Below are positions 18,765 through 28,449 of a stretch of 64,000 nucleotides of DNA, piece after piece. The translations under genes and the position numbers were made by a program. Source of the stretch: Acidobacteriaceae bacterium (GTDB taxonomy: Bacteria; Acidobacteriota; Terriglobia; Terriglobales; Acidobacteriaceae); the NCBI GenBank assembly GCA_036490815.1, contig DASXDF010000006.1, positions 17,419 through 81,418 of the forward strand, written 5' to 3'. The notes under the pieces are model-generated. The model searched no databases, was not told the DNA's origin, and was given only the letters and a program-made list of their open reading frames with translations. Every line of letters starts with the position of its first letter. The stretch's first letter is position 1.

Positions 18765-19718
18765 ATGGGTTGGCGTGCAGTTTCGTTGTGCTGGTCTGCC
18801 GTATTTTTTCTGCTGCCGCCCGCTTCAGCGCAAGCGCCGCAAAGCCCGGCGGAAGCGCCGTACACGCTGCGCGTCCCGGTCGATGAGATCGCCCTCACCT
18901 TTCACGCCGCGGACGCCGATGGCAAACCCCTGACGCACCTGACCCGCAACGACCTGAAGCTTCAGGACAATGGCAAGCGTCAGGACCGGATCGTGATGCT
19001 GCAGTCGTATGAGGATCTCCCCATCCGCGTGGGATTCCTGTTCGACATCAGCGCATCGATGTACTGGGCTCTGCCCTACAACCGCTCGGTCATTCGCACG
19101 TATGCTTCGCGCTTGCTGCGTCCCGAGACCGATCGCGCCTTTGTGATGCAGTTCGATACGGAGACTCTGATCACGCAGGCCTGGACGAGCGACGCCGCGC
19201 GCATCGCAGCGGGAGCGGCCGCGATTCCGACGGTCGATCCGCACACGCCGACGCATTTCCCGCTCACCGCGATTTTCGATTCGCTCTACAAGACGTGCCG
19301 CGACCAGTGGGCGTCGGACAAAGGCGAACCTACCGGGAATTTCATTTTGATGTTCACCGATGGGCTCGACGACAACAGCCATGCGTATCTGCGCGAGGCC
19401 GTGGACATGTGCCAGCGGACGCGGACAGCGATCTACGCCATCGTAAACGCCCACGAATCAGGATTCTCCGAGGGACGGCGAACGCTCACGGCACTGACCG
19501 AGCAGACGGGCGGCAGGCTGTTTTTCAATCCCCAGGGCGATCAGTTGCTGAAGGACCTGGCGATGATGGAAGCGGAACAACGGACGCAGTATCGGCTGGT
19601 CTACAAGCCTTCAACCTTCAAAGCGGACAGCAGCTTCCATACCGTGCGCCTGCGTTGCTCGGTGCGTGGTGCGCGCATCTCCACGCGGTCGGGTTATTAC
19701 GCGTTCGCGCGGCCCTGA
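18765..19718 (+). CDS. Secreted VWA domain protein (TIGR03436 type), paralog of 903-2090
   Basis: Signal peptide; 'LRVPVDEIALTFHAADADGKPLTHLTRNDLKLQDNG'; 'FILMFTDGLDDNS'. Confidence 0.8.
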   Translation: MGWRAVSLCWSAVFFLLPPASAQAPQSPAEAPYTLRVPVDEIALTFHAADADGKPLTHLTRNDLKLQDNGKRQDRIVMLQSYEDLPIRVGFLFDISASMYWALPYNRSVIRTYASRLLRPETDRAFVMQFDTETLITQAWTSDAARIAAGAAAIPTVDPHTPTHFPLTAIFDSLYKTCRDQWASDKGEPTGNFILMFTDGLDDNSHAYLREAVDMCQRTRTAIYAIVNAHESGFSEGRRTLTALTEQTGGRLFFNPQGDQLLKDLAMMEAEQRTQYRLVYKPSTFKADSSFHTVRLRCSVRGARISTRSGYYAFARP

Positions 19719-19742
19719 GTGGTGCGGGGAGGTGGATTTCCC

Positions 19743-20231
19743 TCACTCGCACAAGTTCTTTACCCATGTCCGGACGGCAGCATGATGCTCCGCCCAGGCA
19801 TCCCATGCGGATCGCGACCACGCGTCAACGGCGGCCAGATGCTCGGCCGGAGTCCTCGCCTCAAACACATGGCGGATCGTGAGCGCGCCGCGACTTTCCG
19901 GTGGCACGAGCCACGGATACCGCATTTTGCGAGCTGTAATTTCCACCATGGCGGCATTCGCCCTCTCCATAGGCCAACCTTCCTCCAGCATGACGCACAA
20001 TCGCGAAAGATGGATGGCCACAGAGTTTCGGGCCTGTGGTGTATCCACGCCCGGGTGTTGCACCGCATACGCATCCACGGTCATGCGATGCAGCGGCCAG
20101 TAGTTCCGGTTTTGATACTCCCTGGCCAACACGTGGCCATACGCCTTCCAGCACCCTGGCGAGGACAACACATACTGATGGGTCGGCCCGTCGGCTTCCG
20201 GAAACTCTTCCCCGCAACCGCGACACTCCAC
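19743..20231 (-). CDS. DUF5946 family protein
   Basis: 'ECRGCGEEF ... SSPGCW ... REY ... HRMTVDAYAVQHPG' matches the DUF5946 pattern. GTG 20231, preceded by GGAGAAGGAAGG, was chosen because the longer ORF (to 20354) overlaps the permease 3' end. Confidence 0.65.
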   Translation of the reverse strand: MECRGCGEEFPEADGPTHQYVLSSPGCWKAYGHVLAREYQNRNYWPLHRMTVDAYAVQHPGVDTPQARNSVAIHLSRLCVMLEEGWPMERANAAMVEITARKMRYPWLVPPESRGALTIRHVFEARTPAEHLAAVDAWSRSAWDAWAEHHAAVRTWVKNLCE

Positions 20232-20277
20232 GCCTTCCTTCTCCAATCGGCGCGCAAAGCGCTGGCGCGCCTGACAA

Positions 20278-22764
20278 TCAGTTTTCGTGCAGGGCGGTTT
20301 TCGGATCGAGCCCCGCGGCGCGGCGTGCCGGGATCCACGAAGCGAAGGCTGCAATTGCCAGGAAGATCACCGTCATGGCGACAAACGTCACCGGATCGGT
20401 AGCTTTCACGCCGACCAGCATCGCGGTCATCACGCGGCCCAGCACGAACGCGGCGACCAGACCGATCACGATGCCGATGCCGCTCAGTTTCAGGCCCTGC
20501 ATCACGACCAGGCGCACGATGTCACTGCGCTCGGCACCCATGGCCATGCGCACGCCGATCTCCGCCGTGCGCTGACGGACCGCTGTGGCCAGCACGCCGT
20601 AGAGGCCGACGCCGGCCAGCGTTCCAGCGATGATGGCGAACACGCCGATGAGCAGCAGGGAGAAACGTGTGCTCGCCTGGGCTCCGTGAACGATCTCTTC
20701 GCCGGTAGCGACCTCTGTGACGAGGAACTGCGGATTCAGCTCATGCAGAGCGGACCGGACCTGGTTTTCGTATCGCGCCGGATCGCTGCCGGTGCGGAGT
20801 GCCCAGGTTCGAACAGCGCCGTTTCCCAGGAACCCATCGGTGAAGTAAATCTGCTCTCGCCCCGGCACCGCCAGAGATTCCTGACGCTGGTGCGCGACCA
20901 CGCCGACAATCTGCACAAACTCAGCTTCCGGCGTTCGAACGCGGGTCAGAATCCGCTTGCCTACCGCGGACTGCCCCGGAAACGCCTTGTTCGCCAGAAC
21001 CTGATCGACGATCACGTTGATGCGTCCGGGCAGATTGTCATCCTCGGTGAAGGCCCGCCCATCGAGGAGTGGCGTACGCGTCGCCTCGAAATAGCCAGGC
21101 AGCACAACCTCGAGATCCGTTGCCTGATACTGGCTCGGATCCTTTGCGGCCTCCGCGGTGCCCCAGCGAATGGGGCTGAAGTTTCCGGTCAACGGGAAAG
21201 GAAACGACGCTGTTGCATTGGCAACGCCTGGAATTGCGCGCAACCGCTCCTGAACCTGCCGCACCATGGCCGCACGCTCCTCCACCGTTGGCCGCCGGGC
21301 CGGATTGGCAGGAAACTGCAGCTGGAAGGTGAGCAGATTATGGGCATCGAAACCAGGATCGATTCGCTGGAGATCGAGAAAGCTACGGAACATGAGGCCC
21401 GAACCGACCAACAGCACAAACGAAAGAGCGACCTCCGCCATGACCACGGCGTTGCGCAGAAACGCTCCGCTGGCGAGGCCGGTATTGCGGCTACCCCCGC
21501 GCAGGACGTTCATCAGCGCCGGCAGCGTCGCGCGCCACGCGGGCGCGATGCCGAACAAAACGGCGGCGGCCAGGCCTGCCAGCGCCGTGAATGCAAGCAC
21601 GCTGCCGTCGATGTGGATGCTGTCGAGGCGCGGCAGATTGGCCGGAGCCAAATCGCGGAGTTCGCGGATTCCAACCCACGCCAGGGCCAGCCCCAGTGCG
21701 GTTCCAATGGCCGCCAGCAGCGCTGCTTCGGTGAGCAGGGGCGCGATCAGCCGTCGACGGTTGGCCCCCAGCGCGGCTCGTACCGCGAATTCCTGTTCCC
21801 GCAATGAGGCGCGCACGAGCAGCAGGTTAGCGACGTTCGCGCATGCAATGAGCAGCAGAAAAACCACTGACCCCATCAGTGCGAGGATCGCGGGGCGCAC
21901 CTCGGCGACGAGGTGCTGCTGCATCGGTTCGAGCGAAATCTCGTAGCCGATCGACGCATCCATGGGAATCGTGCGGCGACCTTCGGCAGCGACCGCATCG
22001 GCGGCGCGCTGCGCCTGCTCGGGGGTGACGCCTTCTTTCAGCCTGCCGATGGGGCGGATCGAAAAGCTGTTGCGATTCGCCACGTCGTAGTCCAGCCGAT
22101 TGGCAATCCAGAGGTCCGGCTTTTCTTCCTCGTCTGCCTCCGGCGGAAAATAGAGGCGAAACCCAGGAGCCAGGACGCCCACGATGATGGCCCCCGGCCG
22201 GCCCTGCGACTGCATGCTGTGGCCAACGATGCTGCGGTCGCCGCCGTAACGGCGCATGAAGTACTCGTAGCTGAGGATTCCCATCTGGGGCGGTTGCGCT
22301 GCCGGATTTGGCGCAGCCCCGGCAGGCGGCTGGGCGGCGGGCGCACCGTCGTCGGAGGTGAAATCGCGACCGTACAGAATCTTCGCGCCCATCAACTGGA
22401 AGAAGTTTGTCGTGACCACACCGGTGCGCACCTGTTCCGGCGTCCCGTCTTCCCGAGCGATTACATTGCGGAAGGTGAAGGCTCCGGCCATATCGGAGAA
22501 GACCGATTTCGTACCCTCGCGCAGGTCGATGTAGTCCGCATTTGAAAACTGAATCCCCTTCACGTGACGTTTGGTCATATCGGCCCCCGCCACCATCAGC
22601 TGTGCGGGATCCTTATAAGGCAGCGGCCGCAGCAGGACCGCATTGGTGACGGAGAAGATAGCGGTGCTGGCGCCCACACCCAGCGCGATGGTAAGAACGG
22701 CAATGATGGTGAATGCCGGATTTTTTCTGAGAATCCGTCCTGCGAGCAGAATCGTTTTGAGCAC
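20278..22764 (-). CDS. Duplicated FtsX/MacB-type ABC transporter permease (ADOP family)
   Basis: N-terminal 'LAGRILRKNPAFTIIAVLTIALGVGA', two MacB periplasmic-domain/FtsX 4-TM modules, and C-terminal 'ARRAAGLDPKTALHEN'. The start is uncertain (GTG 22764/22770 or ORF start 22842). Confidence 0.9.
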   Translation of the reverse strand: MLKTILLAGRILRKNPAFTIIAVLTIALGVGASTAIFSVTNAVLLRPLPYKDPAQLMVAGADMTKRHVKGIQFSNADYIDLREGTKSVFSDMAGAFTFRNVIAREDGTPEQVRTGVVTTNFFQLMGAKILYGRDFTSDDGAPAAQPPAGAAPNPAAQPPQMGILSYEYFMRRYGGDRSIVGHSMQSQGRPGAIIVGVLAPGFRLYFPPEADEEEKPDLWIANRLDYDVANRNSFSIRPIGRLKEGVTPEQAQRAADAVAAEGRRTIPMDASIGYEISLEPMQQHLVAEVRPAILALMGSVVFLLLIACANVANLLLVRASLREQEFAVRAALGANRRRLIAPLLTEAALLAAIGTALGLALAWVGIRELRDLAPANLPRLDSIHIDGSVLAFTALAGLAAAVLFGIAPAWRATLPALMNVLRGGSRNTGLASGAFLRNAVVMAEVALSFVLLVGSGLMFRSFLDLQRIDPGFDAHNLLTFQLQFPANPARRPTVEERAAMVRQVQERLRAIPGVANATASFPFPLTGNFSPIRWGTAEAAKDPSQYQATDLEVVLPGYFEATRTPLLDGRAFTEDDNLPGRINVIVDQVLANKAFPGQSAVGKRILTRVRTPEAEFVQIVGVVAHQRQESLAVPGREQIYFTDGFLGNGAVRTWALRTGSDPARYENQVRSALHELNPQFLVTEVATGEEIVHGAQASTRFSLLLIGVFAIIAGTLAGVGLYGVLATAVRQRTAEIGVRMAMGAERSDIVRLVVMQGLKLSGIGIVIGLVAAFVLGRVMTAMLVGVKATDPVTFVAMTVIFLAIAAFASWIPARRAAGLDPKTALHEN

Positions 22765-22907
22765 GTTCACCTCGTCCGGGGGCTTGTCTTCGGGAGCGCT
22801 GGACCGGCAGCCTGTCCGGGGCTGACAGGGGCTTCGCAACATTATGCCCGAGGAAGGTGACGCTGCGCTTGTCCTGTGACGGCTGGCCGGGATGGGCTGG
22901 AGGGCAA

Positions 22908-22943
22908 AGACAAAAGGAGCAGCCCTGGCTGCTCCTTTTGTCT
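22908..22943 (-). terminator. Intrinsic terminator of the ACIII-cox operon (bidirectional hairpin)
   Basis: Perfect 17-bp inverted repeat AGACAAAAGGAGCAGCC/GGCTGCTCCTTTTGTCT, 49 bp after the coxIV stop. The 3' arm is U-rich on the minus strand and TTTTCTTTT follows on the plus strand. Confidence 0.65.
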
Positions 22944-22991
22944 GCCTGGTTTTCTTTTGCGCAAAGCGCGCCCGCGTGGCCGGCTCGTCCG

Positions 22992-23342
22992 CTACCAGCG
23001 GCCCCAGGCGCGACTGACGTAGTCGGTCATGGTCATCATGATCATGACGCAGAATGTGAGGAAGCCGGCTGCGACGGTCAACTTGGTGAGGCCGGAACTG
23101 TACTTGACGTGCATGAAGAACAGCACGACGAGGGTCATCTTGGTGCAGGCAATGGCCAGCGCCACCACCGCATTGAACGCGCCGAGGTCGATATAGGAAA
23201 CGGCCGCGGTAGTTCCGGTGAGAATGAGGAGCGCGGTGCCAATCAACAGATAGACTTTCGGGCTGACGATGTGCTCTTCGTGATGCGTCGGTTCCGACGG
23301 CCCGTGCGGCAGGTGCAGATGATGATCGTGATGTTCGGCCAT
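22992..23342 (-). CDS. ctaF: Cytochrome c oxidase subunit IV (prokaryotic CoxIV family)
   Basis: 116 aa with a His-rich N-terminus, three TM helices and 'MTLVVLFFMHVKY'. Confidence 0.85.
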   Translation of the reverse strand: MAEHHDHHLHLPHGPSEPTHHEEHIVSPKVYLLIGTALLILTGTTAAVSYIDLGAFNAVVALAIACTKMTLVVLFFMHVKYSSGLTKLTVAAGFLTFCVMIMMTMTDYVSRAWGRW

Positions 23343-23380
23343 GGTGGAATATGCTCCTGAACTTTAAAGCCTGCTTCTCG

Positions 23381-24121
23381 TCATTGGTGTCGACTGATCA
23401 GATACAAAAGCGGGAACAAAAATATCCACACAATATCGACAAAGTGCCAGTACAAACCAAAATTTTCAATGGGCGCTACGTGACCCTCGACATATTTTCC
23501 GCGATAGGCCTGGATCAGCAGAATCGTCAGCAGCGAAACGCCGATAATCATGTGCAGCGCGTGCATCCCGGTCATGGCGAAATAGAGCGAGTAGTAGACC
23601 TGTGTCTTTTCCGCCATATCGATCGGCAGCTTGTCGTCCGGATAGGCCTTGGTACCGTGCAGGAAGCTTTCCGGGCTGAAGTTGAGGCCAGGTACGTGAT
23701 GGTCCACCCACTCGTCGTGCCATTCGTAAGCCTTGACGCACAAAAAGCCGCAGCCGAGGACGATGGTCGCGATCATCCAGCCAATGAGAGCTTTGCGCAC
23801 GCGGGTCTCAGCGGCGTGCACAGCCATGGCCATGGTGAAGCTGGAGATGATGAGCAGCGTTGTATTGAGCGTGCCGGCCCAGATGTGCAGGGTGTGGCTG
23901 CCGGCCACGAAGGCCGGGTAATACCAGTTGCGGAAGATGAGATAGGCGCAGAACAGGCCGCCGAAGAACATGATTTCCGTCAGCAGGAAAAGCCACATGC
24001 CAAAGGTGGCGGTTTCGCGCTGCTGCTCCACGCTGGCGAAGTGGTGGCGCAGAAATGCGGGGTGCTCGTGCTCGATGTGAGCCGTCTCCGACGTTTGAGC
24101 GGCTAGTGTGTGGCTATCCAA
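23381..24121 (-). CDS. ctaE: Cytochrome c oxidase subunit III
   Basis: '[40 protein letters not shown]' and '[17 protein letters not shown]'. TTG 24121, preceded by GAGG, was chosen; the longer ORF to 24202 overlaps coxI. Confidence 0.9.
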   Translation of the reverse strand: MDSHTLAAQTSETAHIEHEHPAFLRHHFASVEQQRETATFGMWLFLLTEIMFFGGLFCAYLIFRNWYYPAFVAGSHTLHIWAGTLNTTLLIISSFTMAMAVHAAETRVRKALIGWMIATIVLGCGFLCVKAYEWHDEWVDHHVPGLNFSPESFLHGTKAYPDDKLPIDMAEKTQVYYSLYFAMTGMHALHMIIGVSLLTILLIQAYRGKYVEGHVAPIENFGLYWHFVDIVWIFLFPLLYLISRHQ

Positions 24122-25775
24122 CGGTCGGCACCTCGCTCGGGCTCTTGCTTTCCAGCCAGTCGTAGTCGTACGCCTCGTGGGTGACAATGGGCGTCTCGAC
24201 AAAATTTTCGGTCAGCGGCGGCGACTGAATCTGCCACTCGAGGCCGGTAGCGCGCCACGGATTCGGTCCTGCAATCTTGCCATACTTCAGCGACCAGGTG
24301 AGATAGAGCAGCGGCAACAGATAGCCCACGCCCAGCACGCTGGCGCCGGCGCTGGAGAACACGTTGAGCACCTGGAACTCCGGCGGATAGGCTGCGTAGC
24401 GCCGCGGCATGCCCAGATAGCCGAGCAGGAACTGCGGGAAGAAGGTGAGGATGAAGCCGACGAAGGTGATCACCGCGGCCAGCTTCGAGACGCCTTCCGG
24501 ATACATGCGCCCGGTCATCTTGGGCCACCAGAAGTGGACGCCGGACAGGTAGGCCATGAGCATGCCGCCCACCATGACGAAGTGGAAGTGGGCGACGATG
24601 AAGTAGGTCTCGGTGAGATGGATATCCATGCCCATCGATCCGAGAAAGACTCCGGTGAGGCCGCCGATGGTGAACAGGCCGATGAAGCCGAAGGCATAGA
24701 GCATCGGCGTTTCAAAGGTGATCGATCCCTTATATAAGGTTGCGGACCAGTTGAAGATCTTGATTGCGGAGGGCACGGCCACCAGCATGGTGAGCAGGGA
24801 GAAGACCAGCGCGGAATAGCTGGAGATGCCCATGACGAACATATGGTGGGCCCAGACGAAGAATCCAAAGACGGCGATGGCGACCGATGAAAAGGCGACG
24901 GCAGTGTAGCCGAAGACGCGCTTACGCGAGAAGGTGCTCATCACTTCGGAGATAACGCCCATGCCGGGCAGGATCATGATGTAGACAGCAGGGTGCGAAT
25001 AGAACCAGAACAGATGCTGGAAGAGGAGGGGATCGCCGCCCTTGGTGGGATCGAAAACGCCGATCCCGATGGTGCGTTCGAGCACGACCAGCACCAGGGT
25101 GATGGCCAGTACCGGGGTGCCCAGCACCATGAGGATAGAGGCCGCGTAGTGCGACCACACAAACAATGGCAGGCGGAACCAGGTCATGCCTGGCGCGCGC
25201 ATGCGGTGAATCGTGACGATGAAATTGAGGCCGGTGAAGATGGAGCTGAATCCGGCGATAAAGACGGCGAGCCCGGCGGTGATGACGTGGGTGTTGAGAT
25301 AGTGGGTGCTGAGCGGAGTGGTAAAGGTCCACCCGGTATCGACGCCGCCCGAGATCAGCGCCCACAGCAACATGCAACCGGCCGCGATGTACAGATACCA
25401 GCTGAGCAGGTTGATTTTGGGAAAGGCGAGGTCTTTGGCGCCCACCATGATAGGGATGAGGAAGTTGCCGATGGTGGCCGGCACCGACGGCACCAGGAAG
25501 AGGAAGACCATGATGATGCCGTGCGCGGTGAAGACCTTGTTATAGGTATCGGCGGCGAGCAGATCACTTTGCGGAGTGAGCAGTTCGAGACGGATGAGGC
25601 CGGCCATGGCGCCGCCGATGAAGAAGAAGAACGTAATCGAGATGAGATAGAGCATCGCGATTCGTTTATGGTCGCCCGTGAGCAGCCAGCTTTTGAGCCC
25701 GTACTCTTTGTTCAGATACGAAACCTTCGGCAGCGTGGCTGTCGACTGATCCGGCAATGTAACGATTGTGCTCAT
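24114..25775 (-). CDS. ctaD: Cytochrome c oxidase subunit I
   Basis: '[27 protein letters not shown]' and 'VAHFHFVM' are the heme-copper ligand motifs. Confidence 0.97.
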   Translation of the reverse strand: MSTIVTLPDQSTATLPKVSYLNKEYGLKSWLLTGDHKRIAMLYLISITFFFFIGGAMAGLIRLELLTPQSDLLAADTYNKVFTAHGIIMVFLFLVPSVPATIGNFLIPIMVGAKDLAFPKINLLSWYLYIAAGCMLLWALISGGVDTGWTFTTPLSTHYLNTHVITAGLAVFIAGFSSIFTGLNFIVTIHRMRAPGMTWFRLPLFVWSHYAASILMVLGTPVLAITLVLVVLERTIGIGVFDPTKGGDPLLFQHLFWFYSHPAVYIMILPGMGVISEVMSTFSRKRVFGYTAVAFSSVAIAVFGFFVWAHHMFVMGISSYSALVFSLLTMLVAVPSAIKIFNWSATLYKGSITFETPMLYAFGFIGLFTIGGLTGVFLGSMGMDIHLTETYFIVAHFHFVMVGGMLMAYLSGVHFWWPKMTGRMYPEGVSKLAAVITFVGFILTFFPQFLLGYLGMPRRYAAYPPEFQVLNVFSSAGASVLGVGYLLPLLYLTWSLKYGKIAGPNPWRATGLEWQIQSPPLTENFVETPIVTHEAYDYDWLESKSPSEVPTVG

Positions 25776-26848
25776 GGCTTCACCGTCCCTGGTGCAAGCG
25801 TCGGAGATGAGGTCCCCGGCGGCGTCGCGCCCGTCTGGATGGGCTGCGCTGCGCTGTTATCGATGGTTTGTTGAATACGGTACTGGGAATCGAGCCGGTG
25901 GATGTATTCCACCAGATCGATGAGGCCTTCTTCACTGACCTGGCCCTGATAGGTTGGCATGATGGGCGCGAAGCCGGCGACCTCGTGCATGGTCGGATTC
26001 AAAATGGTGTCGCGCAAGAATGCATCGTCCACGGTTACAAACGAACCATCTTTCAGCTGCAGATGCGATCCGTAGACATTGGCCAGGTTCGGGCCATGGG
26101 CATTGGGTCCGCTGTTGTGGCAGGAATTGCAGCCGAGGCTGGCGAACAGGCGCTCCCCGTTCTGGGCCAGCGAGTTTCCGCTGGTGGACTGGGAGGCCCA
26201 GGCCTCGTAATCCTGCGGTGTCATCGCCACCACTTCGCCGATCATCTGAGAGTGGAGGGTGCCGCAGTACTGGGTGCAGAAGAGGTGATAAGTTCCGGGG
26301 GTTGTCGCCTCAAACCATTCGGTGTTGTAGCGGCCCGGAATAGCTTCGCGCTTCACGCGAAAGGCGGGAATGGAGAAGCTATGGAACACATCCTGCGAGA
26401 TGAGGGTGATCTGGATGGGCCGGCCGATGGGGATGTGCAGCGCATTGATTTCATGTTGCCCGCCCGGATGCTCCACCTTCCACATCCATTGCTTGCCCAC
26501 CACATAGATGTTCATGGCGTTAGTGGGCGGGCTGTAAATCCTGAAATACAGCAAGGCGCCCCACACAAAGCAAATCATGAACAGGATGAGGGGAATGATG
26601 GTCCAGGTGGCTTCCAGCAGCGTTGAACCTTCGATCTGGGTGGCCTGGGGGCTGAGGTCTTTGCGATAGCGAATGGAAAACGTGACGACCAGAATCCCGA
26701 CGGCGACGAGCCCAACAACCGAGATGGTAATGAGAAAGAAATAGAGCGCGTCCGCATAGGGCGCGATCGTCGACGCTTCCGGCGGGAAGATCGCGAAGTA
26801 CGTAAGCCACTTAATTAAAAATTGCCAAAGTACCGGACTTAAATGCAT
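25772..26848 (-). CDS. ctaC: Cytochrome c oxidase subunit II with a fused C-terminal cytochrome c (caa3 type)
   Basis: CuA site 'VFHSFSIP ... [12 protein letters not shown]' and heme c 'CNSCH'. There is an ATGA overlap with coxI (25772-25775). Confidence 0.95.
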   Translation of the reverse strand: MHLSPVLWQFLIKWLTYFAIFPPEASTIAPYADALYFFLITISVVGLVAVGILVVTFSIRYRKDLSPQATQIEGSTLLEATWTIIPLILFMICFVWGALLYFRIYSPPTNAMNIYVVGKQWMWKVEHPGGQHEINALHIPIGRPIQITLISQDVFHSFSIPAFRVKREAIPGRYNTEWFEATTPGTYHLFCTQYCGTLHSQMIGEVVAMTPQDYEAWASQSTSGNSLAQNGERLFASLGCNSCHNSGPNAHGPNLANVYGSHLQLKDGSFVTVDDAFLRDTILNPTMHEVAGFAPIMPTYQGQVSEEGLIDLVEYIHRLDSQYRIQQTIDNSAAQPIQTGATPPGTSSPTLAPGTVKP

Positions 26849-26851
26849 CGT

Positions 26852-27757
26852 CTATCCGTTCACCCACTGTGTTTTCTGTTGTCGCGCTTCGCGAATGTCG
26901 CGCCGGAAGTTCACCATCAGGAACGTTCCCAGCAACAGGATGGTCAGCACCCCGCCCGCCTGAAAAATTCGGATGTACATCAACGTGTGCCGGTTCTGCG
27001 TCGGATCGTACTGGTAGCAGTAGGTCAGCAGATTATCGACCGTCGAGCCGATGGTTCCGTGGGAAGCCTCGACCAGGCCGAGCTGCAGATCCTTCGGCGA
27101 AAATTCAACGCCCAGGTAATACTGGGCCAGCTTTCCTTCGGGGGTGACGAGCTCCACAGCGCTGGCATGCGCAAACTGGGTCATCTTGCCATCGGGGCCC
27201 TGCATCGGCACGTATCCAAACCCAACGGCGGTGGCCAGGGCGCGGATCGCCGGCTCCTGGCCGGTGAGGAAATGCCAGCCATTCGCGGTCTGCGGCCGGC
27301 CGAAGCGTTTCATATAAAACGCCTTCTCCCGCGCTGCAATTTCCGGCGTCTCGGAGGCATCGATGCTGACCAGCACGACGTTGTACTCGCGGCCGGGATT
27401 GAACCGGAGCATCTCCAGCGCGCCCACCAGGCCGTCAATCTCTTCGGGGCAAAGTATCTTGCACTGAAAATAAACCAGCGACAAAACCACGGGCCTCTTA
27501 CCGAAGTAGTCACCCAGCTGCACAGCTTTGCCGGTCTCGTCGCGGAACGCAAGGTTGAGCGGAATCTGAGTGTTGAGCTTCTGCTGGATGATGATCTTCT
27601 TCAGCATGAGAGGCTGCTGATCGGACGGAGTTCCGGGTTTCTGATAGCCGAAGAACGAACCCTGCGCATGCGCGGCAACTCCGGAACAGAGGAGAGCGCA
27701 GGCGAGCAAGATGCTCGCTGCTGCTGTGCTTCTCCGCGTTGTCGCCCTGCTTCGCAT
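26852..27757 (-). CDS. SCO1/SenC family copper chaperone
   Basis: Signal peptide; thioredoxin-like 'FQCKILCPEE' (CxxxC); conserved His in 'HASAVELV'. Confidence 0.9.
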   Translation of the reverse strand: MRSRATTRRSTAAASILLACALLCSGVAAHAQGSFFGYQKPGTPSDQQPLMLKKIIIQQKLNTQIPLNLAFRDETGKAVQLGDYFGKRPVVLSLVYFQCKILCPEEIDGLVGALEMLRFNPGREYNVVLVSIDASETPEIAAREKAFYMKRFGRPQTANGWHFLTGQEPAIRALATAVGFGYVPMQGPDGKMTQFAHASAVELVTPEGKLAQYYLGVEFSPKDLQLGLVEASHGTIGSTVDNLLTYCYQYDPTQNRHTLMYIRIFQAGGVLTILLLGTFLMVNFRRDIREARQQKTQWVNG

Positions 27758-27786
27758 TGCTGATCCCTGATTCCTGATCTCTGCGC

Positions 27787-28449
27787 TTACTGGTTATCCG
27801 CCTTCGACGAAGACTGCTCGCCTGCCTGTTGCGGACCGCCGTGCAGCTCCTGCTCATAGCCGGTCCGCGCAAATCCGTTGGTCAGCGGCATCTGCACATG
27901 CGGCTGCGAGTCGCCCATCATCAGCGCCTGGTGCTGTGTGTCTGGCGCGACCGGCAATCCGCGCTGGGCAATCAGCTCCATCGCGCGGTCAATCGGAATC
28001 CTCACCGCGCCGCCTGGCTTGTCGACCCAGGTGTAGTGATCCAGCAGCAGATCTTCGCGGCCATGGAGTTCGGTCAGATCCTGATTGCCGTCGTCCAGCT
28101 CCAGCCGCGGCGTGGGAAATTGCTGAGTCAGCCTGGCCAGCTGTTCCTGCTCCAGCACCGGGTTCGACTGAATCGCCTTGCGCGGCGCAATTTGATTGGG
28201 CGCATTCCACTTGTTGACCGGACCATCCTGCTGATTGAGTCCGTTGTTGATGATGATGCCGAATCCGAAACACACCACGAAAAACACGCCGACGGAAATG
28301 AACAGAGCGACCAGGAACACCATGATGCCGCCGGTGTTCGCATCCGAAACTTCGTAGCCTTCGCGGACCGACGCCTCGTCGAAATGTCCCCTGGGGTCCA
28401 GGTTCTCGCGGTTCCGGCCGCTCTCCGGGTTATGCGTGGACATAGTCAT
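27787..28449 (-). CDS. Single-pass membrane protein of unknown function inside the ACIII-cox operon
   Basis: One TM helix (GIMVFLVALFISVGVFFVVCFGFGII) and a conserved-looking 'YTWVDKPGGAVRIPIDRAMELIAQRGLP'. Its start overlaps the actF 3' end by 20 nt. Confidence 0.65.
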   Translation of the reverse strand: MTMSTHNPESGRNRENLDPRGHFDEASVREGYEVSDANTGGIMVFLVALFISVGVFFVVCFGFGIIINNGLNQQDGPVNKWNAPNQIAPRKAIQSNPVLEQEQLARLTQQFPTPRLELDDGNQDLTELHGREDLLLDHYTWVDKPGGAVRIPIDRAMELIAQRGLPVAPDTQHQALMMGDSQPHVQMPLTNGFARTGYEQELHGGPQQAGEQSSSKADNQ

